From Oopsacas minuta (lineage: Eukaryota > Animalia > Porifera), in NCBI GenBank assembly GCA_024704765.1, contig JAKMXF010000329.1, positions 62,001-126,000 on the forward strand: a DNA stretch of 64,000 nucleotides, written 5' to 3'. The notes beneath the pieces are model-generated. The model ran no database searches. It was not told where the DNA came from and saw only the letters and a list, made by a program, of their open reading frames with translations. Below, piece after piece: positions 13,981-25,529 of this stretch; within the stretch, counting starts at the first letter, position 1; each line of letters starts with the position of its first letter. The translations under genes were made by a program, and so were the position numbers.

Positions 13981-14105
13981 ACTAACATACACAATATCTA
14001 CATATATTATATAATGCAATAAATCTGACTGATATACCGTAGGTGTGTGTAATATATATGTATACATGTATCCAGCTTTGTATATTCAGAATTTGATTCA
14101 TGTAA

Positions 14106-14263
14106 CTGGAGGACCGCCACGGCTTTGGCATAAAGGAGTATTTTGGGCCTGGTTCAGATCATTTCGATTCTTGGACGAAATTCACACCTATGACGAAAGT
14201 AGGACGTATTCTCACCTTATTGGATTTGCGAAAATCTCTGCTCAGCCGATGACATGATAGAAG
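14106..14263. repeat. Fragment of an unclassified interspersed repeat; other pieces at about 3985-4033 and a contiguous copy at about 56714-56935
   Basis: ACTGGAGGACC...GTATTTTGGGCCTGG...CTTGGACGAAA...CTCAGCC...CATGATAGAAG is shared with 56714-56893. 3985-4033 matches the reverse complement of 56887-56935. Confidence 0.7.
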
Positions 14264-14390
14264 CAGTGGCGTAACAATTGGCGGTTCAGGTGGTTCATTG
14301 AACCAGGGCCTCGATGTCCAGAGGGGCCCAAACTATAATTCAAATTTGGTATACGCAGAATTTCTGATAAACTTCAATCACATTAAATTA

Positions 14391-15722
14391 CAGGGGTATT
14401 CAATAAATACTAATCAAACCATACTAAACTATAGATACTTGTGAAAAGTTGGTAATTTTTGCTATGAATGTTCAAAGTAGTCTCCTTTATACGCTACAAC
14501 TGAATTTAGCCTATTAATCCAATTTTCAAATGTCTTTCTGTATTCATCCTTGGGTATGACTTCAAGGTATCTGTAAATTGCCCGACCAAGGCTGGGCAGA
14601 CCCTCAAATTCGCGTCCGGAGAGGTTATCTTTGAGTTTTCTAAACAGCCAGAAGTTACATGGGACAATATCAGGGGAGTAAGGTGGATGTGGAACTTCGT
14701 GCATACCCATATCTTTAATTTTTTACCTTACAACCAAAGATTAATGGGGTCTAGCGATATCGTGCAAAATTTGAGACCACGAGTTCCAGTCTCTGGATCA
14801 CGCTTAAGATAATGTTTTTCGACCTCAGGCAACACCACATCTGCGTAAAATTGTCCTGTGAGTGTCTGACCTTTGGGAACAGGGATTTGGGCTACATGAT
14901 CTAGGCCATCGAAAAATATGCAGTACAAGACCTTCGGCGCACGGAAGTCGGGCACACAAACAGCTGGGGGCACCTCTCCCTTCTTTAGCCATACCCTGCC
15001 ATCTTGCTTACTGATCTGTGGTTTGAATTGTATTCATGTTTCATCTCCTGTTACTATCTCTAATAACCGCCTAGGGTCACTTCCTTCATAAATTTCAAGG
15101 TTTTCCTTAGCCATTTGGAGTCTCGCGGCCTTTTGTGGAAAAGTTAAGCAATGTGGTCCCATCGCACTTGGACCTTCTTCAGTTCTAAATCCGCCTTCAG
15201 AATTGTGTGTGCACTTCCCGTTGAAATGCCAACATAGTTAGCTACCTCCTCAACCGAAGAATGCGGAAAAGACTCGAGATATTCCTTTACTTCACTCAAT
15301 TTGTCATTGTTGATCGCTAGTTTTGGTGCTCCAGGACGAGGGGCGTCTTGGACAGAGGTCCTACCTTCCCTAAATAGGCTCACCCACCTTCTGACAGTTG
15401 AATACGATAAGGTATCTTCTCCACATATCGTTGCCAACTCGTCATGAATAGACTTTGGAGGGATTTCGAGAATGGTGCGAAATTTGATGTACGTTCGTTG
15501 TTCAAGTTCCGAAAAATTGGACAAGAAGCCATGAAAAATGTAAAGGAGAAAATGTAGGTTTCTAAAATAACTGAAACTTGGGAAATAATTGAGTGATCAA
15601 CTCTCTCTAAGTTTTGTTAGAAAGTTGAAATATGGTTCTATATAATTGCACTGAGAAATACTAGCTTAGAACTGCTATTTCATTAAAAATATACAGTGAT
15701 TAGTATATATTGAATGCCCCTG
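14391..15722 (-). mobile_element. mariner element (1332 bp), inverted near-identical twin of 7338-8669
   Basis: TA flanks (14389-90, 15723-24). The three ORF-track translations are identical to the first copy except one G/D change; same stops and frameshifts. Confidence 0.95.
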
Positions 15723-15724
15723 TA

Positions 15725-15958
15725 GTTAATAACAAACAAATATTCAAATTTCACAAGCTTTTAAAAGAAACTTAAAAGATTGTGGTTCTCTAAAAAGGTA
15801 GTAAATGACTTTTGAAATCTCTCGGTGTAACCCTTGAAAATATCTAGCGTACGCTGTACCCCTAGGGGTACGCGGGAGACCTATCCTTTCGCCAACTACT
15901 GTTTTCCAGTCGCAATTTTTTTCTTCCCCCCCCAAATCAAATCCTGCATGAAACCCTG
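15725..15958 (-). mobile_element. Displaced 5' end of the hAT at 8672-11435
   Basis: Ends GCATGAAACCCTG (rc CAGGGTTTCATGC), pairing with CCGTATGAAACCCTG at 11435. Flank TCAAG (15959-63) is the reverse complement of CTTGA (11436-40). Confidence 0.7.
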
Positions 15959-16986
15959 TCAAGTATAATTCCCTGAACAATTATTATTTTCTATTTTTCA
16001 GGAAACCATATCAACGAAGATTTATGAATTTTCAATTGAATATATTTGAAATCCAGACATAAGACAAATAAATATTTAGGGGAGTTGTTGGTTAACCGCT
16101 GCAATTATTCATAATACAATTAAAGATGTTTTGTAATTCTAATTGAAACTATTCATACATAACTATTATATTTGCATCGTGATTTTAATATATCTTTCTA
16201 AACTGTTGAAGTTTGATAATATTGACCGAAGAATATGCCATCTCAGTATTGGCAAACTACCAGAATTCATGTTTATGTAATTTCTTACTTCACATCCATT
16301 GGGAACATTGAATATATTGGTGGAAAGGAAACTTTTCGGTAACATAATTTTTTCCTAGCAGTTAATTGGATATAGCTGCGTGGTTAATCGCTTAACCGGC
16401 TAACCAAATCCAGCCCTGATGAATGTTCAGATATTTCTTAGTATCCATTTATGTTTATTCTGGCCCAAAGCCGTTGAAATTTAATATAGATTCAACTTTT
16501 ATACAGATATTCGTAATCAGTATCAATTTCCTTTCATGATAGACGTTAAATGACCAGTTTGGAGAATTATTTCTCCTTAAGAATGAGGTAATTTGATACA
16601 TTACATTCTCAAATGTGGTCTGAATATGGCTAAGCATAATATTCTATTACACTAAGGCACTGGTATTGCCTTGAATTTGGGTTACCATGGATATTGTAAT
16701 TCCGTACTAAATTCTCGAATTTGATTGGCTAGTGTTCAGGTAGCAAATGTTGTACTGAGATACTGTATAGTATATATACGAGGGGTACTGTTGCGTAGGA
16801 TTTAGACCCGCGTAGGATTTTGACCCGCAAGTAGCAATTGCAAATCAAGTAATATCAACATTTCATCCCTAGTAACATAGTATTCGTATTTATACATGTG
16901 TGACTTCCTGAATGCACACACTAACATTTTACTTTATTTCTAGATTTCAACATCAACACTTATATTTACTTTTGACATTTTTCATT

Positions 16987-19900
16987 ATGGATGCGACAGA
17001 GTATGAAGCAATTCGTGGATACCTCCAGACGAATATTATCCCACCAGAAATCAAGAGTGATCGCTACAGAAAGAAGAATTTTGTCAGAAAGTGCAAGGGG
17101 ATTTACTTTCAAGAGAATAAGCTAATGAAGGTATATTCCTGAATGATATTTTTGATTTATACTTATTTCCGGGACATAATTAGAAATCTTGATGCAACTA
17201 CATATCTGCGAGGAGGCAGATATGTAGTTGCCTCATTAAATTTGCGTACCATAGGGAGATGAGAAGGGTGAAAACGCTAGGGGGACTCCTCTGCCCCTCA
17301 ATGCTAGCTACAACCTCTGAGTTTAACTAAAATAATTTCTTGTAGATTTTCAGAAAGAAAAATGGCTGTGTGAAATATTTGGAGATTCCACTAGTCTCAG
17401 AAATTGACAACATTATCGGATTCTATCATAATGTCACTCATCCTGGAATCAACACTACCATTGATGGAATCCGAAATAAATATGATTGGAATGGCATATA
17501 CAATGATGTTGGATCCTATGTGAGTTAGTAAATTACGTATTTCTTTCATACATGATTTTCCAAGAAAATGTGGCTGAGAACACAGACTTACCAACCCTCC
17601 AGGGATCCCTGGATTACAAATTTTGAAAATCCAGGGAAATTTGCAAAAGGGGTTGTTAAGTCTGAGAACAGCATGTATTTTATAGTTTGAGGTTATTCAC
17701 CTTGTAATTATTCTACTGTATACAGCTTTATTTGTGCTATTGTAAAATTAATATCGTGCGATCTGATGATACTTAGTATACCGGTATACAATTTTATCAT
17801 ATGGAAATCTATTTGTGCGGTACAACCAACCAACCATGTATCTAACAACTAATGACCCTAGCGGTAGTTAGTAATTGGGATAGGTAGTGGGAGTATTTCA
17901 CATAAACATATTTGCCAACCTGAGTGAAGAAAAAGCGGGAGGGAATGCTAATTTAGCAGGACATCTGGAACTTAGCAAATTACATTAGACTGGACTACAA
18001 ACTGACAATTAAATCATTTCCCGTTCTAGATCCGAACTTGCCATGACTGTCAAACCTCTGCTGCTCTACCTCCTCAGCCACAACGAGAGCTTCAACCTAT
18101 TCCTCCTCCTGAAGAAGCATGGTGTCATTATGGAATTGATCTCATATGCAATATGTCTCGACTGTACTTGGATTTCAGCACATTCTTGTCATCGTGTGCT
18201 ACCTGAGTAAATTTGTAATTGTCCGACCACTCAAGACTAAAACTTCTAAAGAAATATTGGATTGTTTACAGGAACTTTATCTCTCGTTCGGTGTACCTAA
18301 CATCCTCCAACATGATCAGGGAACAGAATTCTCAAGTAAGGTAACTCATATTTTTACATACTCGAGATTAGTAATTGTAAATACACCAAGTAAATTATTC
18401 CCGATACACAATAAAACTTACTATATTAGATATACGTACGTAACATGTTGCATTGTCAATTGTCAGCGCATTGCTTCAATATATACCCTGGTAGGAAATT
18501 GTACGTCCTGATGGCTATATTTAAGAAACCGTGTGGAAAATTGGATTTTAATTATGTTAAATACTAATAAATAAGAATTTCCGAATTAATGCTACTACCT
18601 TCGGATGGAAAATTTACCTTATTAATCGTTATATCTTTCTAACTATTGCTGTACAAGACTAAATACATGCGCGTAGTAGATTGTTGTCGTTCTCTTATTT
18701 ACTTTCAAAATAGGAATTTCAAGAATTTCACAAGAAGATAAATGTCAACACCAGAAGAACGACAGCATACCACCCACAAAGTAACGGACTTGTTGAGTCA
18801 CACAACAAAATATTGAAAACGTGAGTATTGATGCTAAATATAAATATATATCTATTCAAAGCCTTACATACGTTTAATACACGTCGTTTATAATTAGATA
18901 GTTTTGAATTAATTTAACACTCTTACAAATAGAAAAATCAACAAGATGCAATCTGAAGGGGACACTGAATGGACAGAGAAATTACAGATAGCAGTACTAG
19001 CAGCAAATACTCAAACCAAAATCTCGACAAGCTACACACCCTTTTATCTCATGTTTGGGAGAGACTTTAATTCATCTAACCTTCTCAATCTTATCACTTC
19101 TCCAACTAACCCCCGGATTACTAACCGAAGCTGATATCCCAGAGGCAGAAGTATCAGAAGATGAGAATATTCAAATGGATGCAAACGAACCACGCCCATT
19201 TGACTTTTCTATAATTGATAACGAATGGATAGAAAATCTTTCTTCCACGCGTAAAGCTGACAGAATGAATGCTATTGAAAACATCAAGGCAGGCCAGAAA
19301 GTTCAAAAGAAAACATGTGACAGCAAAGTTAAACACAACAGGTAAGAAATAACGAAACACATTCTTGTGTGATGTAACATGTTGGAATTTCATACATCAT
19401 CTCTTACTAAAATTAAATTAAATTCACTGACTGTTGTATAATCCGATAAATATGAAATAGTCTTGAATCGGAACTAATTTATTGTTTCCTCAATTATATC
19501 AATTCTTAAATTCCAAAACACTTACTTTTTGTTATATAATTAGCATCATTACAAACTGTACGTAATTGGCACATTATAATTCTTTGTATAATTATTGTAT
19601 AAACTTTGGATCAGAATTTGTGGAAGGAGATGAGCTACTTTTGCATAATATAAAGAATGCCAGGCGACTCCCAGGAACAAAAGAAGCAAAGAAATATTTG
19701 GAACCATATACGATAGAGGAAGTTAAACCAAGCCACCTAGTTGCTCGCAAAGACCCAGATAGCAAAACAACAAAATTACCTATCCATCTATCAAGAAAAT
19801 ATCATTCTCGCATGAACGAAAAACGGCAGGTTCGAACAAAGACAGGCAAATCAAAGTAGCCCAAAAGATCTTGCAAATTCCCTTCTAGCGGTAAATATAT

Positions 19901-21296
19901 TAGCGAGACAATATTGTACTGAACTATAACTAATTGACTCAGCCCATGATTAAGTACATATAAACTAGTTGTGTTCTGTATTGATTCGATTAATACGTAA
20001 TAGCAATCATACATTTCACATATTTATTTGTATTTAGATTCTTTGGATGATATATTGAACCTGGATACCATGGAAGAAACATTTGAAACACCGCAACAAC
20101 ACTCAATCTATGAAAATATCGATTCTGAGCTACTTCAATTGAAACCTCGAATACTATCAGCTCTTGTCAATAACACATACTTAACCCAACTACATGAGAA
20201 ACTCGCTACAAAAGCTGCATCTCAAACTTCATTGAATTTACTATATTCTTACCATCCACCCAACGAACTAAATTTTGAGATCAAGGAGAAACTTGCTGTA
20301 TCAGCCGGTAATTGGTACGCAGAATATCGTTCCTCCTATCCTACTGAAATACCTGAAGAGACACGAAGAGATCTTGACTATCCGATTGCTGTTCTATTAC
20401 CAGTAATAATTGAGTTAATATTCCCAACTGAGCAAGTTCATGAGATCATTGAAATACCAGAACAATCTATACAAAATGCATCAGATCTTATCCCATATCC
20501 TAAATGGGGAGGAGAGTATAACAACATCGTGCAATCTAACACCTGTTCTATCGACAATATATTGGCTATTCTTAGTTCGAATAAAGCAACCATCATAGAC
20601 TCACTGAAGTTAATCGGAAGTACACGTATTGAAGCTGAATTCCACTACATATTCCAATTGGCTGCTAATTGTGAATTTGAGAAACTTCGAGAATATGTTG
20701 CTACTAAAATTGGGCTTGAAGTTATTTATGATTCCTCAGGATTGATACGGTCTTATGATTTCTTTGGATCAGAGGACATCATCATCAAATATTTACGAAC
20801 AGAAGATTTGTGTAACGACAAATATTTCACTATCTTCCAATGCCACCAATGCACCAATATCTTTGAGACACATTCCATGATTAGTAATATAGGAGGCGTT
20901 ATTACAAACCTGGAATCATCTCTTAATCGAAGTCTTGTTCCTATTAAATGCAAGTCTTGTGGATCAACTACTGCTGTCTTAGAGAGGATATCTGGTCAAT
21001 TCAAGTCAATACCTGTCATGCTAACAATTGAAATCGGACATCTACCCGAATTGCCAGACATTTTTGTAAGTGATATTGACAGACACTTTACCATCAGTCA
21101 CAACCAACGGACACTTCACTACCAACTTGCTGGCTTTAGCATATTGAGCAATAGACACTTCTATTCAATCCTTTACCAAAACGGACAATTCTATAAATAT
21201 GACGGAATGAGAGAACCAATTATCCAACTTTGGGACTGTGACACTTTCATCGGATCACCCAATACTGTATTCTACCTCTTGCACTCTTCTGACTAA
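16987..21296 (+). pseudogene. Spliced Ginger integrase (H2C2-DD35E-GPY/F) fused to a USP-like protease domain; a few lesions
   Basis: Predicted GT-AG exons 16987-17130, 17346-17519, 18030-18340, 18714-18820, 18933-19341, about 19615-19890, 20038-21296. Motifs H..THPG...CHDC, GIDLI, QHDQGTEF, AYHPQSNGLVE (35 residues between D and E), TPFYLMFGR, KYLEPYTI. Frameshifts near 18155 and 19120, TAG at 19857; the exon 5/6 phase is unresolved. Confidence 0.85.
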
Positions 21297-22478
21297 TTCT
21301 TAGCGATTCACGACTCTTTTCCATCATTTGAAAGCGCTCAAAGGCAAGGTACATCGAACCTTGTGGGGACCTCTGCCCGAGGTTATTCAGGCAACGTAAT
21401 CCCTATCATGGTGAGCCCAGATAATGGAAACGCGACCTGCAACAGCACATCCCCAGTGTCGAATATCATCACTCTACCATCTAAGTATATTGCGAGAAAG
21501 GCAGCGCAACTGACGAGTCTACGCCGAGACGAAATACAGCATAGAATCAGATACAAGCGAGTTTCTTATCTATTTTTTATTTTTTAATGTCTCCTTGTCT
21601 GTAGCAGTTCGGGGTTCGTTAGCTCCTCGTGTGTCTGTTAAATTACGATTTATTGTACGTATTCGTTTATGTTGCAGCTTAGAGTCAAATTTGGTGTGAT
21701 CGCAATCACATTAAACTCGCTCCAACACTGCACAAATAAACAAGGTGAGGTTAACGTTAAACGTTTAGCGTTAGGGGGTGGCTGTAATGAGAAGGAGGAG
21801 GCCACCGCAGCTGACTTGTTTTGTTTATAGAAATCTAGTGTTTTCCAGGAGTATGCAGCGTGCCAGAGGCTCGCGGTTTTCACCTCAACTCTATATGTGT
21901 ATCAACATTATACCAAGACTCCCGTAACAAATGCATAGTCTACGCTTGTCCACTAGATGAACATATTTCAGTGGTTATTCCTTAAAGCTTGTGAGGAAGT
22001 ATAGAGAAATGGGCAAAGATGGAATCGCCTACAATTCGTACTTAAGATATTCCGAATATTCATTATCATGCTAATGCTTGTAATATTTTTATTATTTGAT
22101 AGAATATATTGCAATATATAGATTGACATGTTAAATTATATTATTTATTATGAGTTATTAAATACAATTATCAAATACCTATCACCTTCTGTCCAAGTAA
22201 TATTATTATAAAATATTTATATACACCTGTCTATATTTGGCATTTTGGATAATTATACATATTGTAAATTTGTTATATGTAGTGGGAACATAGTTTACAT
22301 GTTATCAAACAAATTCACTACTTTCTAGAATCCAACTCTAAATTGACTTGTTTATTCAGTTACGTATACGTATGGCAAGTCTAAAGTTGAATTACATTAT
22401 GTACATTTAGTGGTAATTACGTAATGAAAGTGTATGGAAATCGAAAAAGTCAAATGACAGAGAAGTAAGATTACTTTA

Positions 22479-22790
22479 GGGTCAAAATCCTACGACAATA
22501 ATACATTATATGCGGGTCAAAATCCTACGATAATAATACATTATATGCGGGTCAAAATCCTACGACAATAATACATTATATGCGGGTCAAAATCCTACGA
22601 CAATAATATATTATATGCGGGTCAGAATCCTACGACAATAATACATTATATGCGGGTCAAAATCCTACGGCTGTAATTAGTGGGATACATTTTGATGCGG
22701 GTCAAAATCCTACACATATATTACATCGTAGGATTTTGACCCGCACCATGGGTATGCTATTAGGATTTTGTATTGCGGGTCAAAATCCTA
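22479..22790. repeat. Subterminal tandem array of the Ginger TIR motif (five 35-bp units plus variant copies)
   Basis: Unit GGGTCAAAATCCTACGACAATAATACATTATATGC starts at 22479, 22514, 22549, 22584, 22619. Further GGGTCAAAATCCTAC copies at 22654, 22699 and the terminus, plus an inverted copy at about 22730. Confidence 0.95.
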
Positions 22791-24204
22791 CGCAACAGTA
22801 CTCAGTAACTTTTGAGTCTAAGCATCAAAAAGCATCAATCTATATATATTTTTATTATAATTGCTCAAAATAGCATCCCTTAGCTTGAATACACTTGTTC
22901 ATTCGTTTAAACCAAGCTTGAATAGCTTCTTTAAATTCATTTCGTTGATGTCTCCGATCACTTCTCTGAGGGCCCCCTCAAGTTCAGAATTCGATGAAAA
23001 ATTTCTGCCTTTAAGGTATTTTTTTATTCTAGGAAAGAGCCAGAAGTGGCAGGGTGCAAGATCTGGAGAATGAGGAGGGTGGCAAAATATGTAGTCCTGA
23101 TTCTTCAATTTATTGTCTTGTCATTTTTGATGTATGACAACTGGCATTATCGTGGTGCATTTCCCCTTAATCCTGTGCCAGGACGCTGTAAATTTATTGC
23201 TCTTATGACTAGAGGCAAACAACTATTTGTATACTAAGTTGAATTAATTGTCTTACCAGGTTCAAGAGGTACAACAGTTTTAACACCCGTTGGATTAAAA
23301 ACAATTACATACATTTGTTTCTTGGTGTACTGAGTTCTGCGAACCTTTGTTGGGGGACCTTCTCCAATTTCACATCATTGACGGTTCTGCTGCTTTGTTT
23401 CTGGACCATAATGTAGATCCATGTTTCATCACGAGTTATTAACTTGGAAACATCTCTATTGTTGCCATTGTTGAATTTTTAAAGCATTTCATAGCACAAT
23501 TTCACTCGATTCTGCTTCTCCTCAAGATGAAGCTGATGTGGGATCCAACGGGGACAAAGTTTACGTGGCTGAAGGGGTTAGTGTAAAACGGTGTGCACTG
23601 CCCTGGATGAAATGCCAATTTCGTGCTGAATCCTCTCATATGTAACATTTGGGTCTGCTACCACCATGTCCTCAATTGCCCCAACAATTCCCTCTATAAC
23701 AGCGTATGGGGGTGGTCCAGGGCAGTGTTGGTCTTCAAGATGAAAATTCCCATACTTAAATTCTCTGTACCATCTTTTCACTGTTGCCGCAGATACCTTG
23801 TTATTTGGGAAGGCTGTACAGAAATTTTCGTGACATTCTTTTATTGTTTTCAAAAGTTGGAACTGAAAAAGTATTATCGCACGAATATCACGCCTTGATA
23901 ACTGTATTGAGGATTTGGTAACTAAGGAATCCATAGATAATAAAACTACTGCTATCTGAAAAGTATACAAGATAAAGTTACAAGATTTTCAGCGAAGTAT
24001 ATTTATCCCATGTTTATTCGAAACAAGTAATGGTTTACTTATAAAAGAGCTCGCAACTTAGGGTCAAAACCTATTGAGTGCCCCTCGTACATTCAACTAG
24101 CGGCATATTTGTTTACTAACTTTTTGTTATATTCCATTGATTATGCTTGTTGACTATATTCCTTGAGTACTGATTTGGGATTGCAACTAGTGATTTGTGC
24201 TGTA

Positions 24205-25529
24205 CAAGGGTAGTCCAAAAGGTTTTTAGAATCTATATGAAGGAATAGTAGGAAATGGATTATTTTTTATAGTTTCTCGAAGTATATACCAGATGGCTGT
24301 ATGCATAAATCCATCCTTCTAAACTAACTTCAAATCAATTTTCCCAGGCTTCTTATGTTAGGTCTTGGAGGGCCTCATTATAAGCCAGTCTTGCCTCTTC
24401 TGCACTATTGAGATGAACTCCTTTGATCTTCTTTTTAGTTTAGGAAAAGAAAGAATTTGCATGGCGCCAAATCTGGGGAATATGCTGGATGGGAAATCAA
24501 TTTTATACCATTTTCTGCAAAGAAATCCATTGTCAAAGCTGCCTTGTGTGCACTTGTATTATCATGCTGCCTTTGAAGTGAGGTGAGGTAGGCTTTAGGA
24601 TGTAAACTGCTCCACTTTTCTATCACCTGAGTCATGCAAAAGTTGACATACCAACTCGCAGTCACAGTCTTTTGCTCTATAAGGGGAATAGTAGCAACAT
24701 GTCTCTTTTTAGAGATGAAACTGGCGACCATTTGCTTGTTGCCACTTCGTGTACGTCTCAATTTTTGAGGGAGATCATCACCTGGAAAAAGCCACACAGA
24801 GGATTGTTGCTTCGTTTATTGGTCATATTGGTGAGTTCAAGTCTCATCTCCCGTAATTAATTTATTCAATAGCTTTGAACGACCATGATCGAATTTTCTG
24901 ATCATAAATTTCCACCAATCCACTCGAGTTCTCATTTGTTCTTCTGAAAGTGTATGTGGAATCCAAAGTGCAGGCACTTTCCTCACCAAGAGATGTTCAT
25001 GAAGTATGGCATCGAGGCTTCCTCTGCTGATGTCTAAATAACTCATTATTTCGTCTATTATGATTCGGCGCTCATTTTTGATTATTTTCTTAACTTTCTG
25101 GATATTTTCTGGGTTAACCATCTGCAGGAAGTCCTGATCACATCTCATCACTTAGAGTCTTTCGTCCACGGTTAAATTCACCGTGCCAGTTGTATACTGT
25201 AGCCAAAGATGGTGATTTTTCTCCAAAAATGTGTCCTGAAGTTAAATATGTGATTCTTTAAGACTGAGTTTCCTCATAAAGTCATAAAATATCATTGCGG
25301 GAAAGTCCCTCCTTTCCAAATGTAAATCCATGAGAAATAATTCGGTACGAAATTAAATTTGATCCAAGTGCTGACTATATTAGTAGCAGTCAAAAAAGTA
25401 ATAACAGATAAAAAGCTCAGATATTTTAACTAGAGTAGTTATAAATAGTGTACCATAGATATAAGATGTATTGGTGTGCAAAAAATGAAGTTACAGCATT
25501 CATTCTAAAAACTTTTTGGATGACCCTCC
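24205..25529 (-). mobile_element. mariner element (about 1325 bp), degenerate
   Basis: TA flanks; TIRs CAAGGGTAGTCCAAAAGGTTTTTAGAAT / ATTCTAAAAACTTTTTGGATGACCCTC. LWIPHTLS, LITGDET, HDNTSAH, HPAYSPDLAPCKFFLF. Confidence 0.9.

Larger units (their letters stand above)
16789..22797 (+). mobile_element. Ginger (Ginger1-type) DNA transposon, 6009 bp
   Basis: TGT...ACA termini; 23-bp TIR TGTTGCGTAGGATTTTGACCCGC (22/23); 4-bp TSD GTAC (16785-88, 22798-801). Intron-containing Gypsy-like integrase; no RT or LTR. Confidence 0.92.
16779..24087 (-). mobile_element. mariner element (about 1.3 kb; body 22802-24087) whose 3' TIR is split by the Ginger insertion
   Basis: Removing Ginger plus one GTAC gives TA-CGAGGGGTACTCAGTAACTTTTGAGTCTAAG, matching the other end (rc TA-CGAGGGGCACTCAATAGGTTTTGACCCTAAG). 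HTH ORF 23578-23970; HPPHSPDLAPCHFWLFP. Confidence 0.9.

Noticed and set aside
16987-19341. Gypsy LTR retrotransposon or Polinton integrase
   Set aside because: No gag, protease, RT, LTRs or polB; introns, short TIRs and a 4-bp TSD fit Ginger.
21297-21587. In-frame open stretch after the USP-like stop as a separate gene
   Set aside because: Short, with no motif and a non-ATG start; it could be a lost C-terminal tail, but this cannot be supported.
22479-22790. CRISPR-like repeat-spacer appearance
   Set aside because: The spacers are copies of each other, the repeat is the Ginger TIR motif, there are no cas genes, and the context is eukaryotic.
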